A stretch of DNA of 64,000 nucleotides from Nitrospirales bacterium (lineage in GTDB: Bacteria; Nitrospirota; Nitrospiria; Nitrospirales; UBA8639). The stretch lies in the NCBI GenBank assembly GCA_965203295.1, contig CBDBCZ010000019.1, positions 416,001-480,000 of the forward strand. Direction: 5' to 3'. The notes beneath the pieces were generated by a model. The model saw only the letters and a program-made list of their open reading frames with translations. It was not told the origin of the DNA and did no database searches. Below, one piece after another: positions 43,527 to 53,176 of the stretch (position 1 is the first letter of the stretch; each line of letters opens with the position of its first letter). Made by a program: the position numbers and the translations under genes.

Positions 43527-43732
43527 CTGCCTTGTGCGTAGCCGAGAGGGCAGGCGCCCTGGCGGAAATGGTCCTGTGTCCTTAAAGGGACTGTTGAAAA
43601 GTCCTCCAGCGGCGTTCTCGTTGCTCGAAATCCTCAACGTACTTACACTCTGTACGCTTCGGCTTTCTCGCAGCCTGCGGCCTTGCCGGATGAAGCTTTT
43701 TGAACAGTCCCTTTTGCCGAAACAAAATGACC
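43527..43732 (-). repeat. Internally deleted copy of the 235-bp repeat, interrupted by a MITE
   Basis: GCCTTGTGCGTAGCCGAG, GGCGGAAATGGTCC..GTCCTT and TTGCCGAAACAAAATGACC match segments of 26408-26576. Confidence 0.65.
43584..43714. mobile_element. ~130-bp MITE-like element, copy 1
   Basis: TIR AAAGGGACTGTTGAAAA / TTTTGAACAGTCCCTTT; shares CCAGCGGCGTTCTCG with 56867-56991. Confidence 0.8.
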
Positions 43733-43741
43733 TTTATTCAT

Positions 43742-43978
43742 CTATTCATCGTCGTCATCATCATCATCGGCTTCCAATGCCGCTTGCCGTTGTTGTTCCT
43801 CCATCGCATTGTGAATTAACATTCGGAGAAACATAGAAATCACGGAGCCTTTTTCCAAGGTCCCTCCAGGAGGAATAGCAATTTTGCCTTCTTCTACCAT
43901 TCTATCCAGCCAATTCTTTTGGTCGGGTGTAATATGGACAGGTATTTCGACCAAGGGAATCTTCCCGAACATATCCAT
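43742..43978 (-). CDS. Small hypothetical protein with an acidic tail
   Basis: AGGAGG RBS, 78 aa, poly-Asp C-terminus. Confidence 0.75.
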   Translation of the reverse strand: MDMFGKIPLVEIPVHITPDQKNWLDRMVEEGKIAIPPGGTLEKGSVISMFLRMLIHNAMEEQQRQAALEADDDDDDDE

Positions 43979-44000
43979 ATAAAAAACCTCCTTACAATTA

Positions 44001-44116
44001 AGTTTCGAGTTCAGGGTTTAAAAAATATTAGTTTCGAGTTTGGAGTGTAAAGTTTCGAGTCATGAGATAAGGTGTTCCTAATTAACTCTAAACTAGAAAC
44101 TCGGAACCCGAAACTC
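44001..44116. repeat. Degenerate heptamer (GTTTCGA-like) array with an inverted half
   Basis: AGTTTCGAGT at 44001, 44030 and 44051; complementary GAAACTC units at 44083-44116. Confidence 0.65.
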
Positions 44117-44932
44117 TTAGAGTCCCAAAACCTGTGCCATGGTATATAACCCTGGCGGTTGAGTGATTACCCATTCTGCCGCGCGTAATGCTCCACGGGC
44201 GAACGTGTCACGGGTGTGGGCTCGATGGGTCAATTCAATTCGCTCTCCTAATCCCCCAAATATGATCGTGTGGTCACCGACAATGTCACCAGCTCGAATG
44301 GTTTGAATGCCGATTTCTTGCTTTCCTCGTTCTCCGATAAGTCCATGCCGGGCGAAAACTCCTGCCGATTTGAGGTCCCACCCTTTGGCAGTGGCAAGGG
44401 ATTCAGCCAACTTCAAAGCTGTCCCGCTTGGGGTATCCTTTTTCTTCTGGTGGTGAGCCTCAACGACTTCAATGTCATAGCCATCCCCTAAAGCTTGAGC
44501 CATCTTTCCAATGGTTTGTAGTAACACATTGATTCCGACACTCATGTTTGGAGCGAAGACGCAGGGAAGGGATTGGGCTCGTTCGTGAAATTTTTGAAGC
44601 TCCTCTTGAGAAAAGCCTGTTGTCCCAACCACCATGGCTCGCTTATGGGAAACGACGTTCTCCACATGAGAAAGAGTTGCCAACGGCGTCGTAAAGTCTA
44701 TCACCACATCACTCTTCTCAAGCAGAGGGGAAAGATCATCTTGAAGGATTACGCCTAAGGCTCCATACCCGGCGATTTCTCCCACGTCTTTTCCAATAAG
44801 GGGATGGGCTTTCGATTCGGTGGCGCCGACGAGGCGAAGACGAGAGGATTCTCCGATGAGAGAAACTAAACGGGCTCCCATTCGTCCTCCTGCCCCAGTG
44901 ATAATAATCTTGATAGGCGAATTCATGGGCAA
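44117..44932 (-). CDS. dapB: 4-hydroxy-tetrahydrodipicolinate reductase
   Basis: GAGGRMG, IDFT, GTTG, EAHH.KK.D.PSGTA, RAGDIVGDH. Confidence 0.97.
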   Translation of the reverse strand: MPMNSPIKIIITGAGGRMGARLVSLIGESSRLRLVGATESKAHPLIGKDVGEIAGYGALGVILQDDLSPLLEKSDVVIDFTTPLATLSHVENVVSHKRAMVVGTTGFSQEELQKFHERAQSLPCVFAPNMSVGINVLLQTIGKMAQALGDGYDIEVVEAHHQKKKDTPSGTALKLAESLATAKGWDLKSAGVFARHGLIGERGKQEIGIQTIRAGDIVGDHTIIFGGLGERIELTHRAHTRDTFARGALRAAEWVITQPPGLYTMAQVLGL

Positions 44933-44940
44933 GATGAGTA

Positions 44941-45813
44941 TCAGATTAACCCGTACTCTTTGAGGGCTTGGCGGAGGCGTTCCTTATTTTCAGGGGCGAT
45001 ATTGGTGAGGGGGAGACGGAATTCACAGTGGATTTTATTCATCATCGCCAAGGCTTCTTTAACAGGAATGGGGTTGGTTTCGACGAACAATGCACTAAAC
45101 AGTGGTGATAGTTTGTAATGCAAGGCTCGAGCCTGATCATAGTGACCAGCCAAAGCCGCGTCGACCATCGTTGCCATATCTGCTGGAGCGATGTTCGCTG
45201 TGACCGTAATGACACCTTTAGCACCAATGGCCATCATGGGTACGGTCAGGGAGTCATCTCCAGACAAGACAATAAATTCCTCCCCGCATTGCTCGACAAT
45301 ATCAGAAACTTGCGTGAGGGACCCACTGCCTTCTTTCACACCGACAATATTGGGAATCTTGGCCAGCCTGGCCATGGTGGTCGCGGTCATATTGATGGCT
45401 GTTCTTCCGGGAATGTTATAAAGGACCACCGGAAGATCGACCGACTGAGCAATGACCGAAAAGTGCTGATAGAGACCCTCCTGAGTGGGTTTGTTGTAAT
45501 ACGGAGTAATGAGCAGTGCCCCATCGGCCCCGACCTCCTTGGCGTGCTTGGTAAAGGCAAGGGCTTCATCAGTGGAATTCGATCCGGTCCCGGCAATAAC
45601 AGAAACCCGACGATTCACGGCTTCAACGGTCAGAGCCACGACACGCTCGTGTTCTTGATGGGAAAGCGTCGCGGATTCCCCCGTCGTTCCGCAGGGAACA
45701 ATCCCGTCCGTTCCATGGGCAATCTGAAACTCAATCAGATCACCCAAGGCCGTTTCATCAACCCGCCCCTTACGAAAAGGGGTCACGATAGCGACTAAAG
45801 ATCCGGTAAACAT
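44941..45813 (-). CDS. dapA: 4-hydroxy-tetrahydrodipicolinate synthase
   Basis: GTTGES, PYYNKP, YNIPGRT, GVKE, ETNPIPVK. Confidence 0.97.
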   Translation of the reverse strand: MFTGSLVAIVTPFRKGRVDETALGDLIEFQIAHGTDGIVPCGTTGESATLSHQEHERVVALTVEAVNRRVSVIAGTGSNSTDEALAFTKHAKEVGADGALLITPYYNKPTQEGLYQHFSVIAQSVDLPVVLYNIPGRTAINMTATTMARLAKIPNIVGVKEGSGSLTQVSDIVEQCGEEFIVLSGDDSLTVPMMAIGAKGVITVTANIAPADMATMVDAALAGHYDQARALHYKLSPLFSALFVETNPIPVKEALAMMNKIHCEFRLPLTNIAPENKERLRQALKEYGLI

Positions 45814-45909
45814 ATTAGTGACATGAGCATCGACTTACATGATCCAACAAGATTTAATCTTGGTAGGTGCTCACTCCCTTATTGAGAATATGGGTTCTCC
45901 TTCATTCGT

Positions 45910-47169
45910 TCAGGAGGCCCAGTCTGGGATTGTTTCTCCTCGAACCAGGTCTTCATAGCTTTCCCGTTCTTTGATGACAAAACACTGCCCTTCTTTTACG
46001 AGGATTTCCGGCACGCGTGGGCGAGAATTATAGTTGGAAGCCATAGAAAAGGCATACGCTCCTGCACTCATGACCGCCAAGAGATCCTTTGCCTTGGCTT
46101 CAGGCATCAGTCGATCCTTAGCTAAGAAATCTCCAGATTCGCAGATCGGCCCAACGACATCGACTGATTGTTGGCTAGCGTTGGGATTCCGCTGGACAGG
46201 CCAAATGTTGTGATGAGCTTCGTAGAGGCTAGGTCGGATTAGATCGTTCATGGCTGCATCGACAATGAGGAAGCGCTTGGTATTGGTTTCCTTTGTGTAG
46301 AGCACTTGAGTGAGGAGAATTCCGGCATTGCCAACGATCACCCGTCCAGGTTCCATGATCAGGTCGCATTTCAAATCACGCAACAGTGGAGATATGGCGT
46401 CCGCCAATTCTTTGGGATGCGGAGGCACCTCGTCCGAATATGTGATTCCTAATCCACCTCCGATGTTGAGATACTGAATGTGAAACCCTTCCTCTTGCAA
46501 GGACTCGATGAGAGCCAGGATTTTTTTTAGGGCATCCACAAAGGGGGTGACCTGGGTGAGTTGAGATCCAATATGCGAATGAACACCCACGACATCAATA
46601 TGAGACAAGGAAGAAGCTAACTGAAACTCCGACAGCGCCCGATCTCCCTCAATCCCAAACTTGCTTTTTTTAAGACCTGTTGAAATGTAGGGGTGGGTCT
46701 TGGGGTCAATGTCCGGATTGATCCTCAGCGCCACTCGGGCCTTTCGATTCATCCCGGCAGCCACGTCATTGATGGCATGGAGCTCATTCGATGATTCAAC
46801 GTTGAACATCAAAATTTTCGATTCGAGAGCGTATCGAATTTCTTCTGGTGTTTTCCCTACACCGGCAAAAACTATTTTATTTGGCGAGATTCCGGCTCGC
46901 AGAGCTCGGTATAATTCCCCTCCAGATACGATATCGGCCCCACTTCCTTCCGAGGCCATCAGCCGGAGGATCGCGAGATTGGAGTTGGCCTTCATCGCAT
47001 ATGCCACGATATGTGGAATGGAAGCGAATGCTCCATCAAAAACCCGAAAATGCCGGATCAGGGTTTCATGACTATAGATGTAGCATGGGGTGCCAAATTC
47101 CTTGGCGATTCGCTCAATCGGAACCCCTTCACAAAAAAGGGTATCTTCCTGATAATGAAAACTATGCAT
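45910..47169 (-). CDS. lysA: Diaminopimelate decarboxylase
   Basis: YAMKAN, HIGSQ, GGG, EPGR, GPICESGD, GAY..SMASNYN. Confidence 0.97.
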   Translation of the reverse strand: MHSFHYQEDTLFCEGVPIERIAKEFGTPCYIYSHETLIRHFRVFDGAFASIPHIVAYAMKANSNLAILRLMASEGSGADIVSGGELYRALRAGISPNKIVFAGVGKTPEEIRYALESKILMFNVESSNELHAINDVAAGMNRKARVALRINPDIDPKTHPYISTGLKKSKFGIEGDRALSEFQLASSLSHIDVVGVHSHIGSQLTQVTPFVDALKKILALIESLQEEGFHIQYLNIGGGLGITYSDEVPPHPKELADAISPLLRDLKCDLIMEPGRVIVGNAGILLTQVLYTKETNTKRFLIVDAAMNDLIRPSLYEAHHNIWPVQRNPNASQQSVDVVGPICESGDFLAKDRLMPEAKAKDLLAVMSAGAYAFSMASNYNSRPRVPEILVKEGQCFVIKERESYEDLVRGETIPDWAS

Positions 47170-49039
47170 CTTGACTGAGCTCTTCGAACAGATCGACGTC
47201 GGGTAGGGTGAGTCCCTCTAAGTCTGTATGAAACCCGTCCTGTAATTTTCGGTACCGTAGTTTGGCATGGGGAGCTATGGCTTTGAGCATCTCGCCGTCC
47301 AGGAGCGTTTGAAGGGCCTGAGGGGTGGCCTGGCGAAGATGCTCGAAATTGACCACGATATCCATTTGAGCCTTCTGCGCAGCATACTTGATACGAGTCA
47401 GAAGTTCCCGCGCATTGAGATGATCAAGGGTTCCTTCCAACTCAATGAAAAGAGCCGCAAAGGCATCATGTCGACGACCACGTATTTTGAGAAACAGATC
47501 TTGAGTTGTCGTCGGCACGGTCTGTTTGAGCGCGACCAGGGCATTGGGAATCAACTGGTTGGTTTCAATGGTTGGAAGCTTGGTTTGCAGGTTTTTCAAA
47601 ACCGCTGCGACAGGAGATAGTTGCCCTTTTGGACAGGACCGCTTGATCAATTTCCGAAATTCGTTGTTCATCTCTAATCGGGGAATCACCCGGTACGCCG
47701 TATGGGAGAGTCGGTTCCAAATAGATGGCCAGGAGTAAAATTCATGATTCGCCCAGAAGAAGCCTTCTTGGAGTTGTTCCGGGGTCATTCGCCTGGGATG
47801 AAACACCACATGTTTCCCATCATATTTCGCCCAGTCCCGATCAAAAATCTGTCCTTCGCGCTCATAGCGTTCGAATAAGGCTGTTCCAGGAAGTGGGGTC
47901 AGAACGTTGAAGTAGGCTAATTCCACACGATTTCTGATAAGAAAGTTCAAGGTTGTTTCAAAGACAGATTCATCATCATTATCGAAACCAAACACCATTC
48001 CCGGATTCACCATGATGCCATGATCGTGGAACATTTTTATCTGGTCTTCAAACTTCCGAACTTGATTAAACCCCTTATTCGTTTCACCCAGAGAGTCATC
48101 CGAAATCGACTCCATACCCACAAAGACCGAAACACACCCACTTTCTGCAGCAAGTTTGACCATTTCCCGATCGTCACCAAGGAATAACGTCGACTGACAA
48201 CCCCACTTAATGTTGAGCGACTTCATGGCTTGCCACAATTCTCGACAATAGGCTCGGTGACTATTGTGCAGGTCATCCACAAAGGCGACGATCGAACCTT
48301 CTTCTAGACCGACCCAAATTCGCAGAGCCGTTGACATGGCGTTCCAGAGGGAGCCTCGACTCATTCGTTCCACCACCTCGGATCGGATCCATTCCTTGAC
48401 GTGGTTCATCTCCTCAATGACTTCGAGAACAGGACGCCGCCGCGTGGTTTTCCCATTAAATGGGGAAACGCTGCAAAACTCACAGTCAAAATGGCACCCT
48501 CGGGTCGTAAAGGTGCAATGGCGGGTCATATAGGCATCGGGACTCAAAAGCTCGACGCGAGGGCTCTTATAGTGATCAAGGTTAGGAAACTGGTCCATTC
48601 GATAGACCTGTTTCATGGTCCCCGCTTCAAAGTCGGCCACCACTTGGGGCCATAAATCTTCGGCTTCCCCGCAGACCACGGCATCACCGTACCGTAATGC
48701 TTCGTCCGCGCAATAGGTTGGATGCACACCGCCCAACACCACCTTCTTTCCCCGTTTACGAAATTCTGTGGCAATTTCATACGCTCGGGGGGCGTAACAG
48801 GTCATGATCGATATACCAACGAGGTCGCATGGTTCATCGAAGTTGATATCTTGCACGGATTCATCAACCAGCTTCACGTCCCAGCCTTCAGGGGTATAAG
48901 CGGCAATTACAGGAAGACTCAATTTGGGAAACCAAATAGATCGTCGTTCCCTTGCGGTCATCCGGTACGGATTGTTCCTGGGGTAAGGATCCAGTAACAA
49001 AAGCGTCCGCGCCTGACGTTGTACAGATGAAGAGTTCAT
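47162..49039 (-). CDS. B12-binding radical SAM protein with a C-terminal STAS-like domain
   Basis: GGVHPT, GEAE, TRGCHFDCEFC, TPLPGT; tail IELEGTLD...IVVNFEHL. Confidence 0.88.
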   Translation of the reverse strand: MNSSSVQRQARTLLLLDPYPRNNPYRMTARERRSIWFPKLSLPVIAAYTPEGWDVKLVDESVQDINFDEPCDLVGISIMTCYAPRAYEIATEFRKRGKKVVLGGVHPTYCADEALRYGDAVVCGEAEDLWPQVVADFEAGTMKQVYRMDQFPNLDHYKSPRVELLSPDAYMTRHCTFTTRGCHFDCEFCSVSPFNGKTTRRRPVLEVIEEMNHVKEWIRSEVVERMSRGSLWNAMSTALRIWVGLEEGSIVAFVDDLHNSHRAYCRELWQAMKSLNIKWGCQSTLFLGDDREMVKLAAESGCVSVFVGMESISDDSLGETNKGFNQVRKFEDQIKMFHDHGIMVNPGMVFGFDNDDESVFETTLNFLIRNRVELAYFNVLTPLPGTALFERYEREGQIFDRDWAKYDGKHVVFHPRRMTPEQLQEGFFWANHEFYSWPSIWNRLSHTAYRVIPRLEMNNEFRKLIKRSCPKGQLSPVAAVLKNLQTKLPTIETNQLIPNALVALKQTVPTTTQDLFLKIRGRRHDAFAALFIELEGTLDHLNARELLTRIKYAAQKAQMDIVVNFEHLRQATPQALQTLLDGEMLKAIAPHAKLRYRKLQDGFHTDLEGLTLPDVDLFEELSQDA

Positions 49040-49108
49040 AGTCCGCCTCCTGGCTGCATTAGACTCAATCTAGATTAGGACTGAGTGAATGAGAAAGTCC
49101 ATAGGGAG

Positions 49109-49366
49109 TTATTGTGTGTTTATCGGTTGAAGAGGGGGAAGTTGGATTTCTTCCTCCTCAATGGGCACTTTTTCTTCTTCTTGTGTTTTTGCGGACGCGC
49201 CGTTTTGGGAACGTTGTTGTTCGCGTAATTTGGCCTCGATTCCAATATCCTCCGGAGCAGTCAGTGGTCCTACGGACCCGCATCCGAAGCTTAACCAACA
49301 CAAGCTAAAAACAAGAAGCGTGAGCATGGTTGCTTTTTTGATCGTTTTAGACTTGGAGTTTTCCAT
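49109..49366 (-). CDS. Small lipoprotein (LptM/YifL-like)
   Basis: Lipobox LSFGCG followed by SVGPLTAPED; lies between argH and lysA. Confidence 0.6.
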   Translation of the reverse strand: MENSKSKTIKKATMLTLLVFSLCWLSFGCGSVGPLTAPEDIGIEAKLREQQRSQNGASAKTQEEEKVPIEEEEIQLPPLQPINTQ

Positions 49367-49370
49367 AGAT

Positions 49371-50888
49371 TTATCTCGAGGCATAAGACATCGTGGAATG
49401 CACCCGCTCCAATAGAATTTTTTCCAAGGCTTTGAGTCTCTTTTCAACCTGCTTACGTGCAGTCCCGCCAATTTGGGCTTTGCGATCGATGGAACCTTTT
49501 AAGGTTAGCACCTTTAATGCGTCACGTCCAAAATAAGGAGAGACGGCCCGGAGGTCCGAAAACGTTAAGTCTCGAAGCTCGTACCTGCGTTGGATGCACA
49601 TTCTCACCAATTGTCCCACGATTCCATGGGCTTCGCGGAACGGGATACCCTTTCCTACTAAATAATCCGCAAGATCCGTTGCCAAGAGAAAGCTAGAATT
49701 GACCCCAGTCGCCATGGCTTCCGGACGAACGCGGAGACGCCGGACCAACTCAGTATAGAGGTCAAGACAGTTGAAGACCGTATCGATCACGTCAAATAGG
49801 GGTTCTTTGTCTTCTTGAAGATCTCGGTTGTAGGTTAATGGGAGACCTTTCAGTGTCGTGAGGACAGCCATCAAGTGTCCATAGACTCTGCCGGTTTTCC
49901 CTCGAATGAGTTCGGGAATATCAGGATTTTTCTTTTGGGGCATCATGCTACTACCGGTACAAAATCCATCCGGCAAGGACACAAATTGAAATTCCTGTGA
50001 AGTCCATAAAACCAATTCCTCACTCAGCCGGGATAAGTGCATCATGATCAAGGCTAACGTGGACAATGCCTCGACGACATAATCGCGGTCTGAGACGGCA
50101 TCCAGGCTGTTCTGGCAGACTTCCGGGAAACTCAAGAGTTTTGCGGTATAGAGACGATCTAAGGGGTAATTGGTCCCAGCCAGCGCCCCAGATCCCAAGG
50201 GCATGATATTCACTCGTGTGAAGGTATCGTGCACGCGACCCTGGTCTCGTTCCAACATTTCCACATAGGCTAGGAAATGATGTGCAACCAGGACGGGTTG
50301 AGCGCGTTGGAGATGTGTGTACCCCGGCATGATGACATCTAAATTTTCCCTGGCTTGCCACAAAAGCGATTGTTCCAGTTCTTGGAGCTTGGCAGACAGT
50401 GTATGGAGCGCTTGGCGAAGGTACAATCTCAAATCCAAGGTGATTTGATCATTTCGACTTCGCCCTGTATGGAGTTTTCCCCCTAAAGGACCAATGAGTT
50501 TGGTCAATCTCCGTTCGATCGCCATGTGAATGTCTTCATCTGATGCAGAGAAGGAAAACCGGCCCTTTTGAATTTCTTTCTGAATGGTCTCTAGTCCCTG
50601 AATGATCGTGCCGCATTCTTTCCGTGTCAGAACTTTGGCCCGCTCCAAAGTCTTGCAATGGGCGATGCTTCCCTGGATGTCCTGCTCAAACAACCGGCGA
50701 TCAAAGGAAAGAGAGGAGGTGAACTGTTCAACAAGGGAGTGGGTCTTTTCGGAAAACCGTCCCCCCCAAGGCTTCTGAGAGGTGTTTTTCGAACGTTGAG
50801 TTCGAAGCCAATTTTTTGACTGAGGGCTTGATTTATTCGAGCGCTTCTTGTCCAGGCGAGAAGAACGTTTCTCTTTGAGATTGGGCAT
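49371..50888 (-). CDS. argH: Argininosuccinate lyase
   Basis: WGGRF, HTGRSRNDQ, GYTHLQ.AQP, GSSMMPQKKNPD. Confidence 0.97.
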   Translation of the reverse strand: MPNLKEKRSSRLDKKRSNKSSPQSKNWLRTQRSKNTSQKPWGGRFSEKTHSLVEQFTSSLSFDRRLFEQDIQGSIAHCKTLERAKVLTRKECGTIIQGLETIQKEIQKGRFSFSASDEDIHMAIERRLTKLIGPLGGKLHTGRSRNDQITLDLRLYLRQALHTLSAKLQELEQSLLWQARENLDVIMPGYTHLQRAQPVLVAHHFLAYVEMLERDQGRVHDTFTRVNIMPLGSGALAGTNYPLDRLYTAKLLSFPEVCQNSLDAVSDRDYVVEALSTLALIMMHLSRLSEELVLWTSQEFQFVSLPDGFCTGSSMMPQKKNPDIPELIRGKTGRVYGHLMAVLTTLKGLPLTYNRDLQEDKEPLFDVIDTVFNCLDLYTELVRRLRVRPEAMATGVNSSFLLATDLADYLVGKGIPFREAHGIVGQLVRMCIQRRYELRDLTFSDLRAVSPYFGRDALKVLTLKGSIDRKAQIGGTARKQVEKRLKALEKILLERVHSTMSYASR

Positions 50889-50927
50889 AATCGTTAACTC
50901 ATTAACTCATGAAGATGAAACAAATTG

Positions 50928-52175
50928 CTATCTTATCTTGCGTAGCCCCAATCTCAAAGCACTCAGCCGAATGAATCCATCGGCATCGGCTTGGTCAAAA
51001 TCCTGTCCTTCTTCAAAAGTGGCTAAATCCTGGTGATACAACGATTGACTCGAGCGTCGTCCTGTTACAATACAGTTTCCTTTATAGAGTTTCACTCGAA
51101 CCGATCCTGTGACGTGTTTCTGGGCTTCATCACAGGATTTTTGAAGCATCATCCGTTCCGGAGCAAACCAATATCCGTAATACACCAACTCCGCATATCG
51201 CGAAATTAAACTGTCGCGGAGATGTAGAACATCCCGATCCATGGTGATGGATTCCAATCCTCGATGAGCAATATGAAGAATGGTTCCCCCTGGTGTTTCA
51301 TACACGCCCCGGGATTTCATGCCCACATAGCGATTTTCGACTAAGTCCACTCGTCCAATACCATGGGCTCCTCCCACACGGTTGAGATAGGCCAGCAAGG
51401 TCGCCGGTGACATGTTCTTGCCGTTCACGCCTATGGGATCTCCACGATGAAAGTCGATTTCTAGAGATTGGGCCTTGTTGGGGGCGCGTTCAGGGGATAC
51501 GGTCATTTGAAACATGGACTCTGGGGGTGCCTGCCAAGGATCCTCCAGAATGCCTCCTTCATAGCTAATATGGAATAGGTTGAGATCCATGCTGTAGGGT
51601 TTCGCCTTGGTCACCGTGACAGAGATTCCCTTCGCTCTTGCATATCGAATGAGGTCTTGCCGGGATCGGAATGTCCATTCTCGCCAGGGTGCGATAATGC
51701 GAAGGTTGGGAGATAACGCATGATACGTCAATTCGAATCGAACCTGATCGTTGCCTTTCCCCGTAGCCCCGTGCCCGACTGCCTGGGCTTTTTCCTTGCG
51801 AGCGATTTCAATCTGACGTCGAGCAATCAGAGGTCGAGCGATTGACGTCCCGAGCAGATACGATCCTTCATACACGGCGTTGGCTCGAAGCATCGGAAAG
51901 ACATAATTCCGGACGAATATTTCCTTCAGGTCTTCAACATAGACTTTCGATGCCCCAACAGCCAGGGCTTTCTTCTTCACGACCTGAGGATCTTCACCTT
52001 GGCCTAAGTCCGCACAATAGGCCACAACCTCACATTGGTATTCTTCCTGAATCCATTTGAGAATGACAGACGTATCTAATCCGCCTGAATAGGCGAGGAC
52101 CACCTTGCGAACGGGTCGGTGAGATGGCTTGGTATTCTGAGTCACGAGCCGAGAGCGACGAGACGGTAATTTCAT
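50928..52175 (-). CDS. argG: Argininosuccinate synthase
   Basis: [32 protein letters not shown]. Confidence 0.97.
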   Translation of the reverse strand: MKLPSRRSRLVTQNTKPSHRPVRKVVLAYSGGLDTSVILKWIQEEYQCEVVAYCADLGQGEDPQVVKKKALAVGASKVYVEDLKEIFVRNYVFPMLRANAVYEGSYLLGTSIARPLIARRQIEIARKEKAQAVGHGATGKGNDQVRFELTYHALSPNLRIIAPWREWTFRSRQDLIRYARAKGISVTVTKAKPYSMDLNLFHISYEGGILEDPWQAPPESMFQMTVSPERAPNKAQSLEIDFHRGDPIGVNGKNMSPATLLAYLNRVGGAHGIGRVDLVENRYVGMKSRGVYETPGGTILHIAHRGLESITMDRDVLHLRDSLISRYAELVYYGYWFAPERMMLQKSCDEAQKHVTGSVRVKLYKGNCIVTGRRSSQSLYHQDLATFEEGQDFDQADADGFIRLSALRLGLRKIR

Positions 52176-53173
52176 GACCAAGGACGACCGAGCCATTCCG
52201 TCAAAATAGCCTTTTGCATGTGAAGACGATTTTCAGCCTGATCGAGTACGACAGAATGGGGCCCATCCAAGACAGCTGCGGATATTTCTTCACCACGGTG
52301 GGCCGGCAAACAATGCATGACGATGGCATCAGGACGAGCTGTTTCCAGCAAACGTTCATTTAATTGGAAGGGGGCTAGGGCCTTTATCCGCTCGGATTGT
52401 TCATGCTCTTGACCCATGCTCGTCCACACATCCGTGTATACGACATCAGCCTCTTTCGTCGCGATGGCCGGGTCATGCGTGATTTCTATGGTGGCTTCGG
52501 TGCGCAGGGCTTCCTGATGAGACCAGTTGATGATTTGCGAATCAGGTTGATATCCGACAGGGCACCCGATGGAGACATGCATCCCGGCTAAGGCGGAAGC
52601 CTCCATAAGGGAATGGGCAATGTTATTCCCATCGCCGACATAAGACAATTTTAAGCCCTTCAGCTCGCCTTTTTTCTCATGAATTGTAAAGAGGTCGGCC
52701 AAAGCTTGGCATGGATGGCACAGGTTCGTTAACCCGTTGATGATAGGGATGGTGGCATGCTGAGCCCATTCTTCAAGCTTTGTTTGTTCAAAGGTTCTGA
52801 TGACGAGTCCATCAAGATACCGAGAAAGGACCTGTGCCGTGTCGCTGAGAGATTCTCCTCGGCTCAATTGAATGTTTTCCATTGAAAGGAATAGGGCCTG
52901 CCCTCCCATTTGATTCATGGCCGCTTCGAACGAAACTCGGGTTCGGGTCGATGGTTTTTCAAACAAGAGCCCTAGCGTGAGACCGGAGAGCAATTGAGCC
53001 CCCCGACCTTGTCGTGAAGTGGATTTCAGCTCTCGGGTGATTTGGAGTAGGCGAAAAACCTGAGGCCCCGTAAGGGAGGAAACAGTCAGAAAGTCCTTTG
53101 TGTTGTGTGCTCCTTCTCCGTCTGATGTTAGACTCATCGTTCTATTAGCTGGGGAACTTCCTAACGTTGACAC
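52172..53173 (-). CDS. argF: Ornithine carbamoyltransferase
   Basis: [24 protein letters not shown]. Confidence 0.96.
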   Translation of the reverse strand: MSTLGSSPANRTMSLTSDGEGAHNTKDFLTVSSLTGPQVFRLLQITRELKSTSRQGRGAQLLSGLTLGLLFEKPSTRTRVSFEAAMNQMGGQALFLSMENIQLSRGESLSDTAQVLSRYLDGLVIRTFEQTKLEEWAQHATIPIINGLTNLCHPCQALADLFTIHEKKGELKGLKLSYVGDGNNIAHSLMEASALAGMHVSIGCPVGYQPDSQIINWSHQEALRTEATIEITHDPAIATKEADVVYTDVWTSMGQEHEQSERIKALAPFQLNERLLETARPDAIVMHCLPAHRGEEISAAVLDGPHSVVLDQAENRLHMQKAILTEWLGRPWS

Positions 53174-53176
53174 GTG

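Noticed and set aside
43510..43836. 108-aa ORF after hemL, and ORF 56790-56993
   Set aside because: They run through MITE sequence and overlap real genes on the opposite strand.
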